Shown: positions 1 to 10,456 of the stretch, piece by piece
Layout of the letters: each line of letters opens with the position of its first letter
How positions within the stretch are numbered: position 1 is the first letter of the stretch
DNA from: an uncultured Bacilli bacterium
GTDB taxonomy: Bacteria > Bacillota_I > Bacilli_A > RFN20 > CAG-826
NCBI GenBank assembly: GCA_944368945.1
Contig: CALVXH010000001.1
Span: forward strand, 1 to 53,913
Direction: 5' to 3'
Length of the DNA stretch: 53,913 nucleotides
The notes under the pieces: model-generated
What the model saw: only the letters and a program-made list of their open reading frames with translations
The model's database searches: none
Told to the model about the DNA's origin: nothing
Program-made: the position numbers and the translations under genes

Positions 1-10
1 TTTAATTATA

Positions 11-47
11 TAAGAAAAAATAAAAAACCACGACAATTAAGTCGTGG
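11..47 (-). terminator. Rho-independent terminator downstream of the glycosyltransferase gene
   Basis: 7-bp stem ccacgac/gtcgtgg (28-34 / 41-47) with a 6-nt loop. On the minus strand it is followed by a T-run (complement of the A-run at 11-27). A second hairpin gtgaatc/gattcac (50-56 / 62-68) followed by TTTT faces the plus strand. Confidence 0.6.
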
Positions 48-78
48 ACGTGAATCATTTTGATTCACTTTTGTTCTC

Positions 79-1353
79 TTAAATATCAATTTTTCCAGTA
101 TGTTTAATTTTTTCCCGTGTGTATTTTTTTGATGGATGAAAGAAACCATCTAATAAACTAAAGAAGAAGTCTGACCAGAAAATAAAACCAAATACACAAA
201 GTTTAAATTTCATAGTTTTACTAGCATTAATTTTTTTTCCACTAATAGCCAACTCAATCATATTGGCAATCGAGCAGATAATAAACATAAAAATTATTTC
301 TAAAACTATTATTCCTAAATAAATCAATCCCCATGAAATATCTAATCGCGAAAAGGCTATTATCGACATTACTAATGTATATATGACATGCAAAGCAAAA
401 GCTGCTTCAATAAAAATAAATAGACCCATTGATAGTCTATATTCTAACATAGCCAAAAAAGAGGTTTTAGAATAAATTACACCTCCGTTTTTAAAGGGTT
501 TTATGGTGTTTTTATTAAAATATCCCCAAATCCAACGTACGTGTTGTTTATGCATTGTTTTATAATCTAAAGGTTGTTCATCATAAAAAATGGCATTTGG
601 ATTATAGCCCATATTTACTCCATGATAATAGCAGTACCTAGTTAATTCGACATCTTCAGTTAGGCCTAAAAATATCCATCCACCAGCATCTTCAATAACT
701 TTTTTATCTACATAATATCCTGTTCCATTAATGGCAAATTTATTAAACAATTCGGCTCTAGACTTATTGACAAAATTAGATTGAAATGAAAATAATAAAC
801 CACTTGAAGCACTTATAATCGAGGCGTTTGTGTTAGTCGAGTAGCGTTTGCCAACACCAACTTGATGCCCTTCGCCTTTTAATTTGTTTAATTCGAATAA
901 ATAATTTTTATCTACAATATTATCCGCATCTAAAATAACAAGTGAATCAAACTTTATATTGTTATGAATTAAATAATCATAACCTTCTTTTAATGCAAAT
1001 CCTTTCGTTCTTTTGTTTTGAATTTCTTTCCTTACAATAAAATTAAACCCATATGAAAGAGCAATCTCATTTGATTTATCATTTTCTCTTTCAGTTATTA
1101 CAAAAACCTTAAAATGACTCTTATCATATGTTTGATTATTTAATGATTCTAATATATTTTTAATTACTTTAGATTCGTTCCTAGCAGGAATTAACACTGC
1201 AAAATCAAACTTTTTTTCTGTATTTTTCAAAATTCTATCAGGTTTTTTAGATATTTTGAAAAACTTTAAGTAATAAGAAAAAAATATAAAAATTAAAAAA
1301 ATTATGCCTAATAAAACAAGGTATCCATAAATTAGAAATGTCTTATATTCCAT
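79..1353 (-). CDS. Membrane-bound family-2 glycosyltransferase, processive synthase type
   Basis: 424-aa ORF with an N-terminal TM helix, FAVLIPARNES, ILDADN and QHVRWIWG (QxxRW) motifs, and several C-terminal TM helices. Confidence 0.8.
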   Translation of the reverse strand: MEYKTFLIYGYLVLLGIIFLIFIFFSYYLKFFKISKKPDRILKNTEKKFDFAVLIPARNESKVIKNILESLNNQTYDKSHFKVFVITERENDKSNEIALSYGFNFIVRKEIQNKRTKGFALKEGYDYLIHNNIKFDSLVILDADNIVDKNYLFELNKLKGEGHQVGVGKRYSTNTNASIISASSGLLFSFQSNFVNKSRAELFNKFAINGTGYYVDKKVIEDAGGWIFLGLTEDVELTRYCYYHGVNMGYNPNAIFYDEQPLDYKTMHKQHVRWIWGYFNKNTIKPFKNGGVIYSKTSFLAMLEYRLSMGLFIFIEAAFALHVIYTLVMSIIAFSRLDISWGLIYLGIIVLEIIFMFIICSIANMIELAISGKKINASKTMKFKLCVFGFIFWSDFFFSLLDGFFHPSKKYTREKIKHTGKIDI

Positions 1354-1421
1354 ATTTAATATTCTATGCGTTTTGATGTATTTTTCAATAATTCTCTATA
1401 TTTCTTTGATATAATTATTTC

Positions 1422-2060
1422 ATGCAAAACGCAAAAAAGAATTATTATTTCGAATTTTTAAAGGATTATCACTCTATAAAAGGCACTTGTAAAAATGATG
1501 AATTGCCTAAACTATTACTACACGTTTGTTGTGGAGCTTGTTCATCATTTCCATTACCATTTTTCGTAGATTTATTTGATATTACTATTTATTTTACTAA
1601 CTCAAATATTTATCCAGTTGAAGAATTTAATTTGAGATTAAATGAGCTTAAAAGATATGTTAAATTTATAAATGAAAAATTAAATACAAAAATAAAGGTA
1701 GTAACTGATGAATATAATTATGAAAATTTTAAAATGGACCTTATTTCATTTAAAGATGAAAAAGAAGGTGGAAGAAGATGCAAAATTTGCATATATAAAA
1801 GACTTAAAAGAACTTTTGATTATGCATTAAATAATGGTTTTATTTTTGTGAGTTCTATAATGACTGTGTCTAGAAACAAAGATGTAGACTATATTAACGA
1901 AGTTGGTGAATTGATTAATAAGGAATATCCATCATTAAAATTTATTCATTCTGATTTAAAGAAAAACAATGGACAAGATATTGGGGTAGAAATATCAAAA
2001 CTTTTTGGAATTTATAGACAAGATTATTGTGGTTGTGAGTTTAGTTTTTTAAATAAATAA
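1422..2060 (+). CDS. queH: Epoxyqueuosine reductase QueH (DUF208 family)
   Basis: 212 aa with Cys motifs LLLHVCCGACSS, RCKIC and YCGCEFS, characteristic of QueH. Confidence 0.8.
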   Translation: MQNAKKNYYFEFLKDYHSIKGTCKNDELPKLLLHVCCGACSSFPLPFFVDLFDITIYFTNSNIYPVEEFNLRLNELKRYVKFINEKLNTKIKVVTDEYNYENFKMDLISFKDEKEGGRRCKICIYKRLKRTFDYALNNGFIFVSSIMTVSRNKDVDYINEVGELINKEYPSLKFIHSDLKKNNGQDIGVEISKLFGIYRQDYCGCEFSFLNK

Positions 2061-2255
2061 TTTTCATTTTTTGAATCAAAAATGCGTAATTGCTACTTTT
2101 TTATAATTTTTAAAAACCAAGTTATAAAGTTATAAATCTTTTTGATTTTTATGTAGCAAATGTGATAAATTTAAGACTGCAAATAATAAAAAAATATCGA
2201 TTGTGTCGGTGTTTTTTAAAATTTCAAATTAATTAAAAAAATAATAAAAAAGTGC

Positions 2256-2285
2256 TTGACTATATTTATCTATATATAGTAATAT
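2256..2285 (+). promoter_or_regulatory. Sigma-70-type promoter of the ribosomal S10 operon
   Basis: TTGACT (2256-2261), 18-nt spacer, TAATAT (2280-2285). It is preceded by an A/T-rich UP-like tract. Confidence 0.65.
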
Positions 2286-2290
2286 ATTTA

Positions 2291-2384
2291 GGCTTACGGA
2301 AAGCGTTGAAATGCGAGGTTGCTGATACACCCATAAGCGTTGTCATGATGGTGATCAGGTAATTCGCATTGAGCAGGTAGGCAT
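2291..2384 (+). promoter_or_regulatory. Structured GC-enriched 5' leader of rpsJ (candidate r-protein autoregulatory element)
   Basis: Long imperfect hairpin: aatgcga (about 2310-2316) pairs with tcgcatt (about 2364-2370), and ctgatacacc pairs with ggtgatcag further in. The octamer aagcgttg occurs twice. Much more GC-rich than the flanking DNA. Confidence 0.5.
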
Positions 2385-2405
2385 ATGTACGAAAGGAGCG
2401 AATTC

Positions 2406-2717
2406 ATGGCAAAAGTAAAGAAAATTAGAGTTCGTTTACAAGCTTATGATCACAAAGTACTTGATATGAGTGTTAGTAAAATTGTAAATGCAATTACTAA
2501 GACAGGTGCTAGTGTAGTAGGACCTATTCCACTACCAACGGAAAAACAAGTCTACACAATCTTAAGAGCTGTTCATAAATATAAAGATAGTCGTGAACAA
2601 TTCGAAATTAGAACACACAAGAGAATCATTGATATTGTCAATCCTAACAGCGATACAATCGATGCTTTAAGAAGATTAGATCTTCCAAGTGGTGTTGACA
2701 TCGATATCAAGTTATAA
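2406..2717 (+). CDS. rpsJ: 30S ribosomal protein S10
   Basis: [20 protein letters not shown]... The start is moved from the ORF-track ATG 2385 to ATG 2406, 7 nt after the AAAGGAG SD (2392-2398). Confidence 0.97.
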   Translation: MAKVKKIRVRLQAYDHKVLDMSVSKIVNAITKTGASVVGPIPLPTEKQVYTILRAVHKYKDSREQFEIRTHKRIIDIVNPNSDTIDALRRLDLPSGVDIDIKL

Positions 2718-2731
2718 GGAGGGTAAGACGA

Positions 2732-3424
2732 ATGAAAGAAATCATCGGTAGAAAAATGGGTATGACTCAAGTCTACGCTGAAGATGGAACAATGTATGCT
2801 GTCACAGTCGTTGAAGTCTTACCAAATGTTGTTACCTTAAAGAAAACAAAAGAACATGACGGATATGAAGCAATTCAAATCGGTTATGAAGACAAGAAAG
2901 AAAGATTATTAAATAAAGCTGAAAAAGGAATCTTCACAAAGGCTAATGTATCACCAAAACAATTCTTATTCGAATTAAAGGGTGATGAAATGAATAGTTA
3001 CGAAGTTGGTTCTGAAATCAAAGCTGATTTATTCAAAGCAGGTGATATCGTTGATGTTCTCGGCACAAGTAAAGGTAGAGGTTACGCAGGTGTCATTAAG
3101 AGATGGGGACATACAATAGGACCTAAAGGACATGGATCTGGATATCATAGAGGACAAGGTTCATTTGCTAATAATGGTAGATGCAACAACCGTGTTATTC
3201 CAGGTAAGAAGATGTCAGGTCATATGGGAAATCAACATGCAACAGTTTTAAATCAAATTATTGTTAAAGTTGATGCTGAAAAGAACTATGTATTAGTTAG
3301 AGGTGGTATCCCAGGACCAAAGAAATCAATTGTTAAAATTAGAAGTGCTGTTAAGCCAGCTCTTCAAAAGACAACTGTTAAACCAGTTATCGATAGAAGT
3401 GTTGCATCAGCCGAAACTAAATAA
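2732..3424 (+). CDS. rplC: 50S ribosomal protein L3
   Basis: GRKMGMTQVY, KGRGYAGVIKRWG and operon position. Confidence 0.97.
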   Translation: MKEIIGRKMGMTQVYAEDGTMYAVTVVEVLPNVVTLKKTKEHDGYEAIQIGYEDKKERLLNKAEKGIFTKANVSPKQFLFELKGDEMNSYEVGSEIKADLFKAGDIVDVLGTSKGRGYAGVIKRWGHTIGPKGHGSGYHRGQGSFANNGRCNNRVIPGKKMSGHMGNQHATVLNQIIVKVDAEKNYVLVRGGIPGPKKSIVKIRSAVKPALQKTTVKPVIDRSVASAETK

Positions 3425-3441
3425 CTAGAAGGGAGAACAGT

Positions 3442-4074
3442 ATGGCAGATTTAAAAGTTAAAGTTTATTCCCAAGATGGTTCCGAAGTTGGCTCTGTTAC
3501 ATTAAGTAAAGAAGTCTTCGGAGTTGAAGCACATAACCAAGTTATGTTCGATGCTGTCTTAACATCACAAGCAAATGCTAGACAAGCAACTGCTAAAACT
3601 AAAAAGAGATTTGAAGTATCAGGTGGTGGTAAGAAACCATTCAGACAAAAAGGAACAGGTAGAGCAAGAGCTGGTTCTACAAGATCACCAATTTGGGTTG
3701 GTGGTGGAACAGTATTCGGCCCAACTGGAGAACAAAACTTCAAGATTAAACAAAACAAGAAAGCTCACACATTAGCTTTAAAGAGTGCATTAAGCTTAAA
3801 GACAAAGAAAGACTTAGTCGTTCTTGACGAATTTAAGGTTAGTGGAAAGACAAAAGAAGTCGTTAAATTACTCTCAGCATTCAAAGCTGAAAACGTTAAA
3901 ACACTTATCGTAAGTGAAGATCCATTACTTCTCCAAGGAGCAAATAACGTTTCAAACGTTACCTTAAGATGTGTTGGAAACATCAGCGTTTATGATCTTC
4001 TCAATAATGAAAAAGTTATTGTTTCTAAAGAAGATATTAAACGTATTGAAGCTTCATTAAATGGAAATAAATAG
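3442..4074 (+). CDS. rplD: 50S ribosomal protein L4
   Basis: GGGKKPFRQKGTGRARAGSTRSPIWVGGG motif and operon position. Confidence 0.97.
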   Translation: MADLKVKVYSQDGSEVGSVTLSKEVFGVEAHNQVMFDAVLTSQANARQATAKTKKRFEVSGGGKKPFRQKGTGRARAGSTRSPIWVGGGTVFGPTGEQNFKIKQNKKAHTLALKSALSLKTKKDLVVLDEFKVSGKTKEVVKLLSAFKAENVKTLIVSEDPLLLQGANNVSNVTLRCVGNISVYDLLNNEKVIVSKEDIKRIEASLNGNK

Positions 4075-4089
4075 GGAGGAAGTTAGGTA

Positions 4090-4437
4090 ATGGCTAAAAA
4101 GAAAGAAGTTGCTACAGTTACTCCTGAAGTTAAAACAAACAAAGCAACAATTACTGATTTCGAAACAATTATTGAACCATTAATCACTGAAAAAAGTGCT
4201 ACAGCAACAAGTGAAAATAACAAATTTACTTTCATTGTTAAAAAAGGTGCAAGCAAAGTTCAAATCAGAAACGCAGTTAAAAGAATTTATGGTGTTACAG
4301 TTTTAAATGTAAACACAGTTAATGTTCCTAGTAAAGTTACAACACGTGGCTCAAGATATAAAGGAACTATTAGCGGATTTAAAAAAGCTATTGTCACTAT
4401 TAAAGAAGGCGAAACAATTAACCTCTATGGTGAATAA
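4090..4437 (+). CDS. rplW: 50S ribosomal protein L23 (with about 20-aa N-terminal extension)
   Basis: [10 protein letters not shown]...[22 protein letters not shown] and operon position. Confidence 0.95.
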   Translation: MAKKKEVATVTPEVKTNKATITDFETIIEPLITEKSATATSENNKFTFIVKKGASKVQIRNAVKRIYGVTVLNVNTVNVPSKVTTRGSRYKGTISGFKKAIVTIKEGETINLYGE

Positions 4438-4466
4438 TAAATAAACTTATATATAGGAGATTAAAA

Positions 4467-5300
4467 ATGTCTGTTAAGAATTATAAACCATATACTCCTT
4501 CAAGACGTGCAATGACAACATTAGGTTTTGAAGAGATTACAAAAACTACTCCTGAAAAAAGTTTACTTGTCACATTAAAGAAGACAGGTGGAAGAAACCA
4601 ACAAGGTGTTATTACCACTCGTCATATTGGTGGCGGAAACAAAAGAAAATATAGAATTATCGATTTCAAGAGAAATAAAGATGGAGTAGTTGGAAAGGTT
4701 CAAGCAATTGAATACGATCCAAATAGAAACGCATTCATCGCATTAATTAGTTATGCTGATGGTGAAAAACGTTACATACTCCAACCAAAAGGATTAAAAG
4801 TCGGAGATAAAATCGTTTCTGGAGAAACAGCTGATATTGTTACAGGAAACGCATTACTCTTAAAGAACATTCCTGAAGGTACTTTAATTCATAACGTTGA
4901 ATTAATGCCTAAAAAAGGTGGACAACTTTGTAGAAGTGCTGGTTGTTCAGCTCAAATCCTTGGTAAAGAAGGAAAATATGTCATCGTAAGACTTCAAAGT
5001 GGTGAAACACGTAAGCTCTTAGGTGAATGTAAAGCAACAATTGGTGTTGTTGGAAATGAAGATTATAGCTTACTTAACTTTGGTAAAGCTGGTAAAAATA
5101 GATGGTTAGGTGTTAGACCTACTGTTAGAGGTAGCGCTATGAACCCACCAGATCACCCACACGGTGGTGGTGAAGGTAAGTGTCCTGTTGGTAGAGATGC
5201 ACCTCGTACACCTTGGGGCAAGAGAGCTCTTGGCGTTAAGACAAGAAAATCAAAGAAAGCTTCTAGTAAATTAATTATTAGAAGAGTTAATGATAAATAG
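4467..5300 (+). CDS. rplB: 50S ribosomal protein L2
   Basis: [17 protein letters not shown] and [16 protein letters not shown] motifs. Confidence 0.98.
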   Translation: MSVKNYKPYTPSRRAMTTLGFEEITKTTPEKSLLVTLKKTGGRNQQGVITTRHIGGGNKRKYRIIDFKRNKDGVVGKVQAIEYDPNRNAFIALISYADGEKRYILQPKGLKVGDKIVSGETADIVTGNALLLKNIPEGTLIHNVELMPKKGGQLCRSAGCSAQILGKEGKYVIVRLQSGETRKLLGECKATIGVVGNEDYSLLNFGKAGKNRWLGVRPTVRGSAMNPPDHPHGGGEGKCPVGRDAPRTPWGKRALGVKTRKSKKASSKLIIRRVNDK

Positions 5301-5316
5301 AGAAAGGAGTTAGAAA

Positions 5317-5622
5317 ATGGCACGTAGTTTAAAAAAGGGACCATTTGTTGATGAAAGCTTAATGAAAAAAGTACAAGCTTTAAATGCTTCAAATAAGAAA
5401 GCAGTCATTAAAACTTGGTCAAGAAGAAGTACAATTTTCCCAGATTTCGTTGAACACACTTTCGCTGTTTATAACGGACATACATTCATCACAGTTTACG
5501 TTACAGAAGACATGGTCGGTCATAAACTTGGTGAATTTGCACCAACAAGAACCTATAAAGGTCACTTTGGAAATAACGCTGAAGATAAGGCAGCTGCAAT
5601 GAAGGCTGCTGGTATTAAATAA
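5317..5622 (+). CDS. rpsS: 30S ribosomal protein S19
   Basis: [12 protein letters not shown]...VYNGHTF...[17 protein letters not shown]. Confidence 0.97.
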   Translation: MARSLKKGPFVDESLMKKVQALNASNKKAVIKTWSRRSTIFPDFVEHTFAVYNGHTFITVYVTEDMVGHKLGEFAPTRTYKGHFGNNAEDKAAAMKAAGIK

Positions 5623-5633
5623 GGAGACGTATT

Positions 5634-6233
5634 ATGGCAGAAACAAAGAAAACTACCAAAAAAGTAGAAGGCGAAGCTACAGAAACAACAAAGAAAGTAG
5701 CTAAGAAAACTGCTACAAAAACCAGTGCTCCTAAAAAGACCACTGCTAAGAAAGCAGTAAAAGCAGAAGAAACTGTTGCTGAAGAAACAAAGACCACTGC
5801 TAAGAAAGCTGCAACTAAGAAAGCAACAACCTCTAAAAAGACAACTGCTAAAAAAGTTGAAAAGAAGGAAGTTGTTGAAGTTAAAAAACCTGTTGTTACA
5901 GAAGCTCACGCAAAGGCAATCAGTGTTAAATGCACTCCTCGTAAAGCTAGATTAGTTATTGATTTAGTAAGAGGAAAAGATTGTGAAGAAGCACTTGAAA
6001 TTTTATTCAATGTTAATCACAAAGCATGTGCTGCTGTTTCTAAATTAATTAAGAGCGCAATGGCAAATGCTACAAATAACTTCAACATGAATGCAGATAA
6101 ATTATATGTCGCTTCAATTCAAGCAAGCGATAGCGTAAAAATGAAGAGATATCTTCCAAGAGCTAAGGGTAGCGCAAGCGGCTTAGTTAAAAGATTCTGT
6201 AATATCTACGTTACAGTAAAGGAAAGAAATTAA
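5634..6233 (+). CDS. rplV: 50S ribosomal protein L22 with about 90-aa Lys/Ala/Thr-rich N-terminal extension
   Basis: C-terminal about 110 aa is canonical L22 (AKAISVKCTPRKARLVIDLVRGK...). The N-terminus is low-complexity KKTTAKK-type repeats. Confidence 0.95.
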   Translation: MAETKKTTKKVEGEATETTKKVAKKTATKTSAPKKTTAKKAVKAEETVAEETKTTAKKAATKKATTSKKTTAKKVEKKEVVEVKKPVVTEAHAKAISVKCTPRKARLVIDLVRGKDCEEALEILFNVNHKACAAVSKLIKSAMANATNNFNMNADKLYVASIQASDSVKMKRYLPRAKGSASGLVKRFCNIYVTVKERN

Positions 6234-6248
6234 GAGAGGTAATCGAGA

Positions 6249-6947
6249 ATGGGTCAAAAAGTTAATCCAGTAGGAATGAGAATCGGTTTAAATAAAAACT
6301 GGAACTCAAGATGGTACGCTTCCGATAAAGATTATGCACATTTCTTATCCGAAGATATGAAAATTAGAAATTTCATTGAAGAAAAAGTTGGACGTGAAGC
6401 ACAACTTTCTCACATTGAAATTGAAAGAAAAAAGAATGATAAAGGTTATTTCGTTAAAGTTATAATCTTCGTTGCGAAACCTGGAACTGTTATCGGTCAA
6501 AAAGGTGAAAATATTAATAAATTAACTGAAGCTTTAGTAAAAATGTTAAAGTGCACAGTTAAGATTGATGTTGTTGAAGTTAAACAACCATACTTAGATG
6601 CAAGAATTGTTGCAGATCAAATTGCTGCTCAACTCGAAGCTCGTGCAAGTTTCAGAATCGTTCAAAAGAAAGCTATTTCTCAAGTTAGAAAAGCCGGAGC
6701 AAAAGGTATTAAGACTGAAGTAAGTGGTAGACTTGCTGGAGCTGATATCGCTCGTAGTGAATGGTATAAAGAAGGAACAATGGCTATCAATACATTAGCA
6801 AGTGATATTGATTATTCATGTAGAGAAGCTATGACAACTTATGGTAAACTCGGCGTTAAAGTTTGGATTTGCCGTGGTGTTAAAGATTTCTCATTAAAGC
6901 CTGAAACTCCTGAAACACCTAATAAAAATTCAAAGAAGGGAGAATAG
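6249..6947 (+). CDS. rpsC: 30S ribosomal protein S3
   Basis: [13 protein letters not shown]...KH domain...[17 protein letters not shown]. Confidence 0.97.
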   Translation: MGQKVNPVGMRIGLNKNWNSRWYASDKDYAHFLSEDMKIRNFIEEKVGREAQLSHIEIERKKNDKGYFVKVIIFVAKPGTVIGQKGENINKLTEALVKMLKCTVKIDVVEVKQPYLDARIVADQIAAQLEARASFRIVQKKAISQVRKAGAKGIKTEVSGRLAGADIARSEWYKEGTMAINTLASDIDYSCREAMTTYGKLGVKVWICRGVKDFSLKPETPETPNKNSKKGE

Positions 6948-6949
6948 TT

Positions 6950-7369
6950 ATGTTACAACCAAAAAGAGTTAAGTACAGACGCCCTCATATTATTAGATAT
7001 GAAGGCTTATCAAAAGGTGGTAACACTGTCGCCTTTGGTGATTATGGCTTACAAGCTGTTACAGGTAATTGGGTAAGCGATAGACAAATTGAAGCTTGCC
7101 GTATTGTCTTATCAAGATATACCAAAAGAGAAGGTAAAATTTATATCAGAATCTTCCCACACTTAGCAAAGACTAAAAAGCCTGCTGAAGTCCGTATGGG
7201 TAGTGGTAAAGGTAATCCAGAATACTGGGTTGCAGTAGTTAAAAAGAATAGAGTTATGTTTGAAATTGGCGGTGTCAGTGAAGAAGTTGCTATGGAAGCT
7301 CTCCATCAAGCAAGTTATAAACTCCCACTTCAAACACGTATTATTAAAAAGAATAAGGAGGTTAAATAG
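6950..7369 (+). CDS. rplP: 50S ribosomal protein L16
   Basis: [11 protein letters not shown]...[17 protein letters not shown]. Confidence 0.97.
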   Translation: MLQPKRVKYRRPHIIRYEGLSKGGNTVAFGDYGLQAVTGNWVSDRQIEACRIVLSRYTKREGKIYIRIFPHLAKTKKPAEVRMGSGKGNPEYWVAVVKKNRVMFEIGGVSEEVAMEALHQASYKLPLQTRIIKKNKEVK

Positions 7370-7371
7370 TT

Positions 7372-7581
7372 ATGAAGATTAAAGAAGTTAGAGAATTATC
7401 TACTGAAGAATTAAATAATCGTATTTACTCCTTAAAAGAAGAGTTATACAACTTAAAGAGAAAGAAAGCAGTTGGACAACTCGAAGATTTAATGGAAGTT
7501 AGAAGAGTTCGTAAAGATATCGCACGTGTCTTAACAGTCTTAAAAGAAAGAGAACTCGGAATGGCTAAAGAAGGTAAGTAA
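7372..7581 (+). CDS. rpmC: 50S ribosomal protein L29
   Basis: 69 aa, ELSTEELNNRIYSLKEELYNLK, operon position. Confidence 0.95.
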   Translation: MKIKEVRELSTEELNNRIYSLKEELYNLKRKKAVGQLEDLMEVRRVRKDIARVLTVLKERELGMAKEGK

Positions 7582-7583
7582 TT

Positions 7584-7913
7584 ATGGATCACAAGAAGAG
7601 AATTACTGGAACAGTCGTAAGCGACAAGAGTGCTAAAACATTAGTTGTTTTAGTTGAAGGTTATAGAAACCATCCTAAATATAAAAAGAGAGTTCAATTC
7701 AGAAATAAATACTATGCACATGATGAAGAAGGCTTAGCCCATGTCGGTGATGTAGTTACTATTGAAGAATGCAGACCTATGAGTGCTTTAAAGAGATTTA
7801 AACTCGTAAGCGTCGTTAAGAAAGCTTTAGAAGATGTTAAAGTCGATGAAAGTGAAGAATTAAAAGAAGTTTTACATGAAACTTCAGAAGAAGATAACAA
7901 GGAGGCTAAATAA
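7584..7913 (+). CDS. rpsQ: 30S ribosomal protein S17 (acidic C-terminal tail)
   Basis: GTVVSDKSAKTLVVLVE...HPKYKKR...YYAHDE and operon position. Confidence 0.95.
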   Translation: MDHKKRITGTVVSDKSAKTLVVLVEGYRNHPKYKKRVQFRNKYYAHDEEGLAHVGDVVTIEECRPMSALKRFKLVSVVKKALEDVKVDESEELKEVLHETSEEDNKEAK

Positions 7914-7916
7914 ACT

Positions 7917-8291
7917 ATGATACAAGTCGAAACAAATTTAGTTGTCGCTGATAATAGTGGTGCTCGTGTTGTCAGAGTCTTCAGAATTTATGGTGGAAGC
8001 CATAGAAAATCATGTACAGTCGGTGATGTTGTTCAATGTGCTGTTAAAGATGCTATCCCAAACGCAAAAGTTAAAAAGGGTGATGTTGTTAAAGCAGTTA
8101 TCGTTAGAACAAGCTACCCATTAGAAAGAAAAGATGGTTCAACAATTAGATTTGATGACAATGCTTGCGTTATCATCAATGAAGATAAGACACCAGTTGG
8201 AACCCGTGTCTTTGGACCAGTTGCAAGAGAACTTCGTGATAAAGGTGAAGGATTTATGAAAATCGTCTCTTTAGCACCAGAAGTCTTATAA
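7917..8291 (+). CDS. rplN: 50S ribosomal protein L14
   Basis: [17 protein letters not shown]... Confidence 0.98.
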   Translation: MIQVETNLVVADNSGARVVRVFRIYGGSHRKSCTVGDVVQCAVKDAIPNAKVKKGDVVKAVIVRTSYPLERKDGSTIRFDDNACVIINEDKTPVGTRVFGPVARELRDKGEGFMKIVSLAPEVL

Positions 8292-8304
8292 GGAGGTAAA
8301 CGAA

Positions 8305-8616
8305 ATGAAACTTAAAAAAGGTGATAAAGTAATCGTTATCTCTGGAAAAGATAAAAAGAAAGTTGGCATAATTCAAAAAGCTTTACCAAAAGAAAATAAA
8401 GTTGTTGTTGAAGGTGTCAATATTCGTAAAAAGCATGTAAAACCTACACAAGCTAATCCAGAAGGTAGCATTCAAGAAATCTATGCTCCAATCGATGCTT
8501 CAAAAGTTATGTTTTACGATGAAAAAAGTAAAAAAGGTTCAAAACTTGGTTATAAATTCGATAAGGATGGTAACAAAGTAAGAATCATCAAAAGAACACA
8601 AAAAGAAGTTAAATAA
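8305..8616 (+). CDS. rplX: 50S ribosomal protein L24
   Basis: [21 protein letters not shown] (KOW motif) and operon position. Confidence 0.96.
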   Translation: MKLKKGDKVIVISGKDKKKVGIIQKALPKENKVVVEGVNIRKKHVKPTQANPEGSIQEIYAPIDASKVMFYDEKSKKGSKLGYKFDKDGNKVRIIKRTQKEVK

Positions 8617-8627
8617 GGAGAAAAGTT

Positions 8628-9245
8628 ATGGCAGAGACAAAGAAAACTACAGCTAAAAAAACTACTAAAGCTGCAACTTCTAAGGGACATAAAACTCCTG
8701 TAAATCATACTCGTTTATTAGATGCTTATAATAACGAAATTAAAGCAAATTTAATGAAACAATTTGGTTACACAAGCGTTATGCAAGTTCCTCAATTATC
8801 AAAGATCGTCATTAACATTGGTGTTGGTGATGCAACTCAAGATAAGAAGAGACTTGAAGAAGCAGTTGAAGAACTTGCTTTAATTACTGGTCAAAAACCT
8901 GTTATTACAAAAGCTAAAAAGAGTATTGCAACTTTCAAATTAAGACAAGATGAACCAATTGGTTGCAAAGTTACTTTAAGAGGAATCAGAATGTATGAAT
9001 TCTTCGATAAGTTAGTATCAATATCATTACCAAGAGTTAGAGACTTCCGTGGTGTTAATAAAAACGCTTTCGATGGAAGAGGAAATTATACTTTAGGTAT
9101 TAAAGAGCAATTAATCTTCCCTGAAATTGACTACGATAAAGTTCAAAAAGTTAGAGGTATGGATATTGTAATCGTTACAACAGCTAAGACTGATGAAGAA
9201 GCACATGCTTTATTAAAAGAATTAGGCATGCCATTTAGTAGATAA
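8628..9245 (+). CDS. rplE: 50S ribosomal protein L5 (about 25-aa Lys/Thr-rich N-terminal extension)
   Basis: [16 protein letters not shown]...[22 protein letters not shown]. Confidence 0.97.
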   Translation: MAETKKTTAKKTTKAATSKGHKTPVNHTRLLDAYNNEIKANLMKQFGYTSVMQVPQLSKIVINIGVGDATQDKKRLEEAVEELALITGQKPVITKAKKSIATFKLRQDEPIGCKVTLRGIRMYEFFDKLVSISLPRVRDFRGVNKNAFDGRGNYTLGIKEQLIFPEIDYDKVQKVRGMDIVIVTTAKTDEEAHALLKELGMPFSR

Positions 9246-9256
9246 GGAGAAGGGAT

Positions 9257-9442
9257 ATGGCTAAGACAAGTTTAAAGGTCAAACAATCAAGACCACAAAA
9301 ATTTAAAGTCAGAGAATATACACGTTGCCAAAGATGTGGAAGACCTCACTCAGTCTACTCAAAGTTTGGTCTTTGCAGAGTCTGCCTTAGAGAACTCGCT
9401 TATAAAGGTGAGATCCCAGGCATGAAAAAATCTTCATGGTAA
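9257..9442 (+). CDS. rpsZ: 30S ribosomal protein S14 type Z (zinc-binding)
   Basis: 61 aa, [20 protein letters not shown] (CxxC...CxxC). Confidence 0.97.
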   Translation: MAKTSLKVKQSRPQKFKVREYTRCQRCGRPHSVYSKFGLCRVCLRELAYKGEIPGMKKSSW

Positions 9443-9460
9443 TTTAAGGAGGAATAGAAT

Positions 9461-9859
9461 ATGCATCAAGATCCAATAGCAGATATGCTTACAAGAATTA
9501 GAAACGCTAATGCTTTACATCATGAAAAAGTTTCTATGCCTTCAAGTAAAATGAAGGTTGGTATCGCAAAAATTCTTTTAGATGAAGGTTTCATCACTTC
9601 ATTTAAAGAAGGAAAAGACAAAGATGGCCACAAAAAACTCGACGTCGTCTTAAAATATGGACCAAATGGCGAAAAAGTCATCTCAGGTTTAAAGAGAATT
9701 TCTAAACCAGGATTAAGAGTTACTGCTGATAGTAAACACATTCCATTTGTCTTAAAAGGTTTAGGAATTGCAATTATTTCAACTAGTAAAGGACTTCTTA
9801 CTGACAAAGGTGCTAGAACACTTAATGTTGGTGGTGAAGTGGTTTGCTTCGTTTGGTAA
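9461..9859 (+). CDS. rpsH: 30S ribosomal protein S8
   Basis: [13 protein letters not shown]... and operon position. Confidence 0.97.
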   Translation: MHQDPIADMLTRIRNANALHHEKVSMPSSKMKVGIAKILLDEGFITSFKEGKDKDGHKKLDVVLKYGPNGEKVISGLKRISKPGLRVTADSKHIPFVLKGLGIAIISTSKGLLTDKGARTLNVGGEVVCFVW

Positions 9860-9874
9860 TAGGAGGGAGAATTT

Positions 9875-10438
9875 ATGTCACGTATCGGAAATAAACTCGT
9901 TCATATTCCAGAGGGATTAAACGTTACTATTGGTGAAGGTTTTGTCGACATTAAAGGTAAATTTGGTGAAGATAAAATTGACTTTGATTCAAAATTAATT
10001 TCTTGCGAACTTAAAGATGGTGTCTTAAAAGTTACAAGAGCTAATGATGAAAAGAGTACAAAAGCTATGCATGGTACAATTAGAGCTTTAATTAATAATG
10101 CTTGTATTGGTTGCCACGAAGGCTTTACAAAGAAATTAGCTATTATTGGTATTGGTTATAGAGCTGAAATGAAGGGTAAAGATATTGTTCTTTATGTTGG
10201 TTATTCTCATCCAATTACTATTACTCCACTTGAAGGAGTTACCGTTAAAGTCATTGAATCAAAATCAAAAGATATTAATGGCTTTGTTGAAGTAAGTGGA
10301 AGCGACAAATTCAAAGTTGGTCAAACTGCTGCTTTAATTAGAGAAACACGTAGACCAGAACCTTACTTAGGTAAAGGTATCCGTTATGTAGGAGAACACA
10401 TCTTACGTAAAGAAGGTAAACGTGCTGGTAAGAAGTAA
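9875..10438 (+). CDS. rplF: 50S ribosomal protein L6
   Basis: MSRIGNKLVHIPEG...GYSHPI... Confidence 0.97.
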   Translation: MSRIGNKLVHIPEGLNVTIGEGFVDIKGKFGEDKIDFDSKLISCELKDGVLKVTRANDEKSTKAMHGTIRALINNACIGCHEGFTKKLAIIGIGYRAEMKGKDIVLYVGYSHPITITPLEGVTVKVIESKSKDINGFVEVSGSDKFKVGQTAALIRETRRPEPYLGKGIRYVGEHILRKEGKRAGKK

Positions 10439-10456
10439 TAGGAGGCTAAATGTATT

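Noticed and set aside
2385-2405. N-terminal extension MYERSEF of rpsJ in the ORF track.
   Set aside because: The AAAGGAG SD at 2392-2398 lies inside it and is correctly spaced for ATG 2406. S10 orthologues start at MAK-type sequences.
5562-5909. 115-aa and 60-aa Cys/Phe/Ser-rich ORFs antisense to the L22 N-terminal extension (5562-5909 and 5615-5797).
   Set aside because: These are the reverse-complement reading of the AAG/AAA/GCT-rich low-complexity tail (the complement gives TTT/CTT/AGC codons). This is a compositional artefact.
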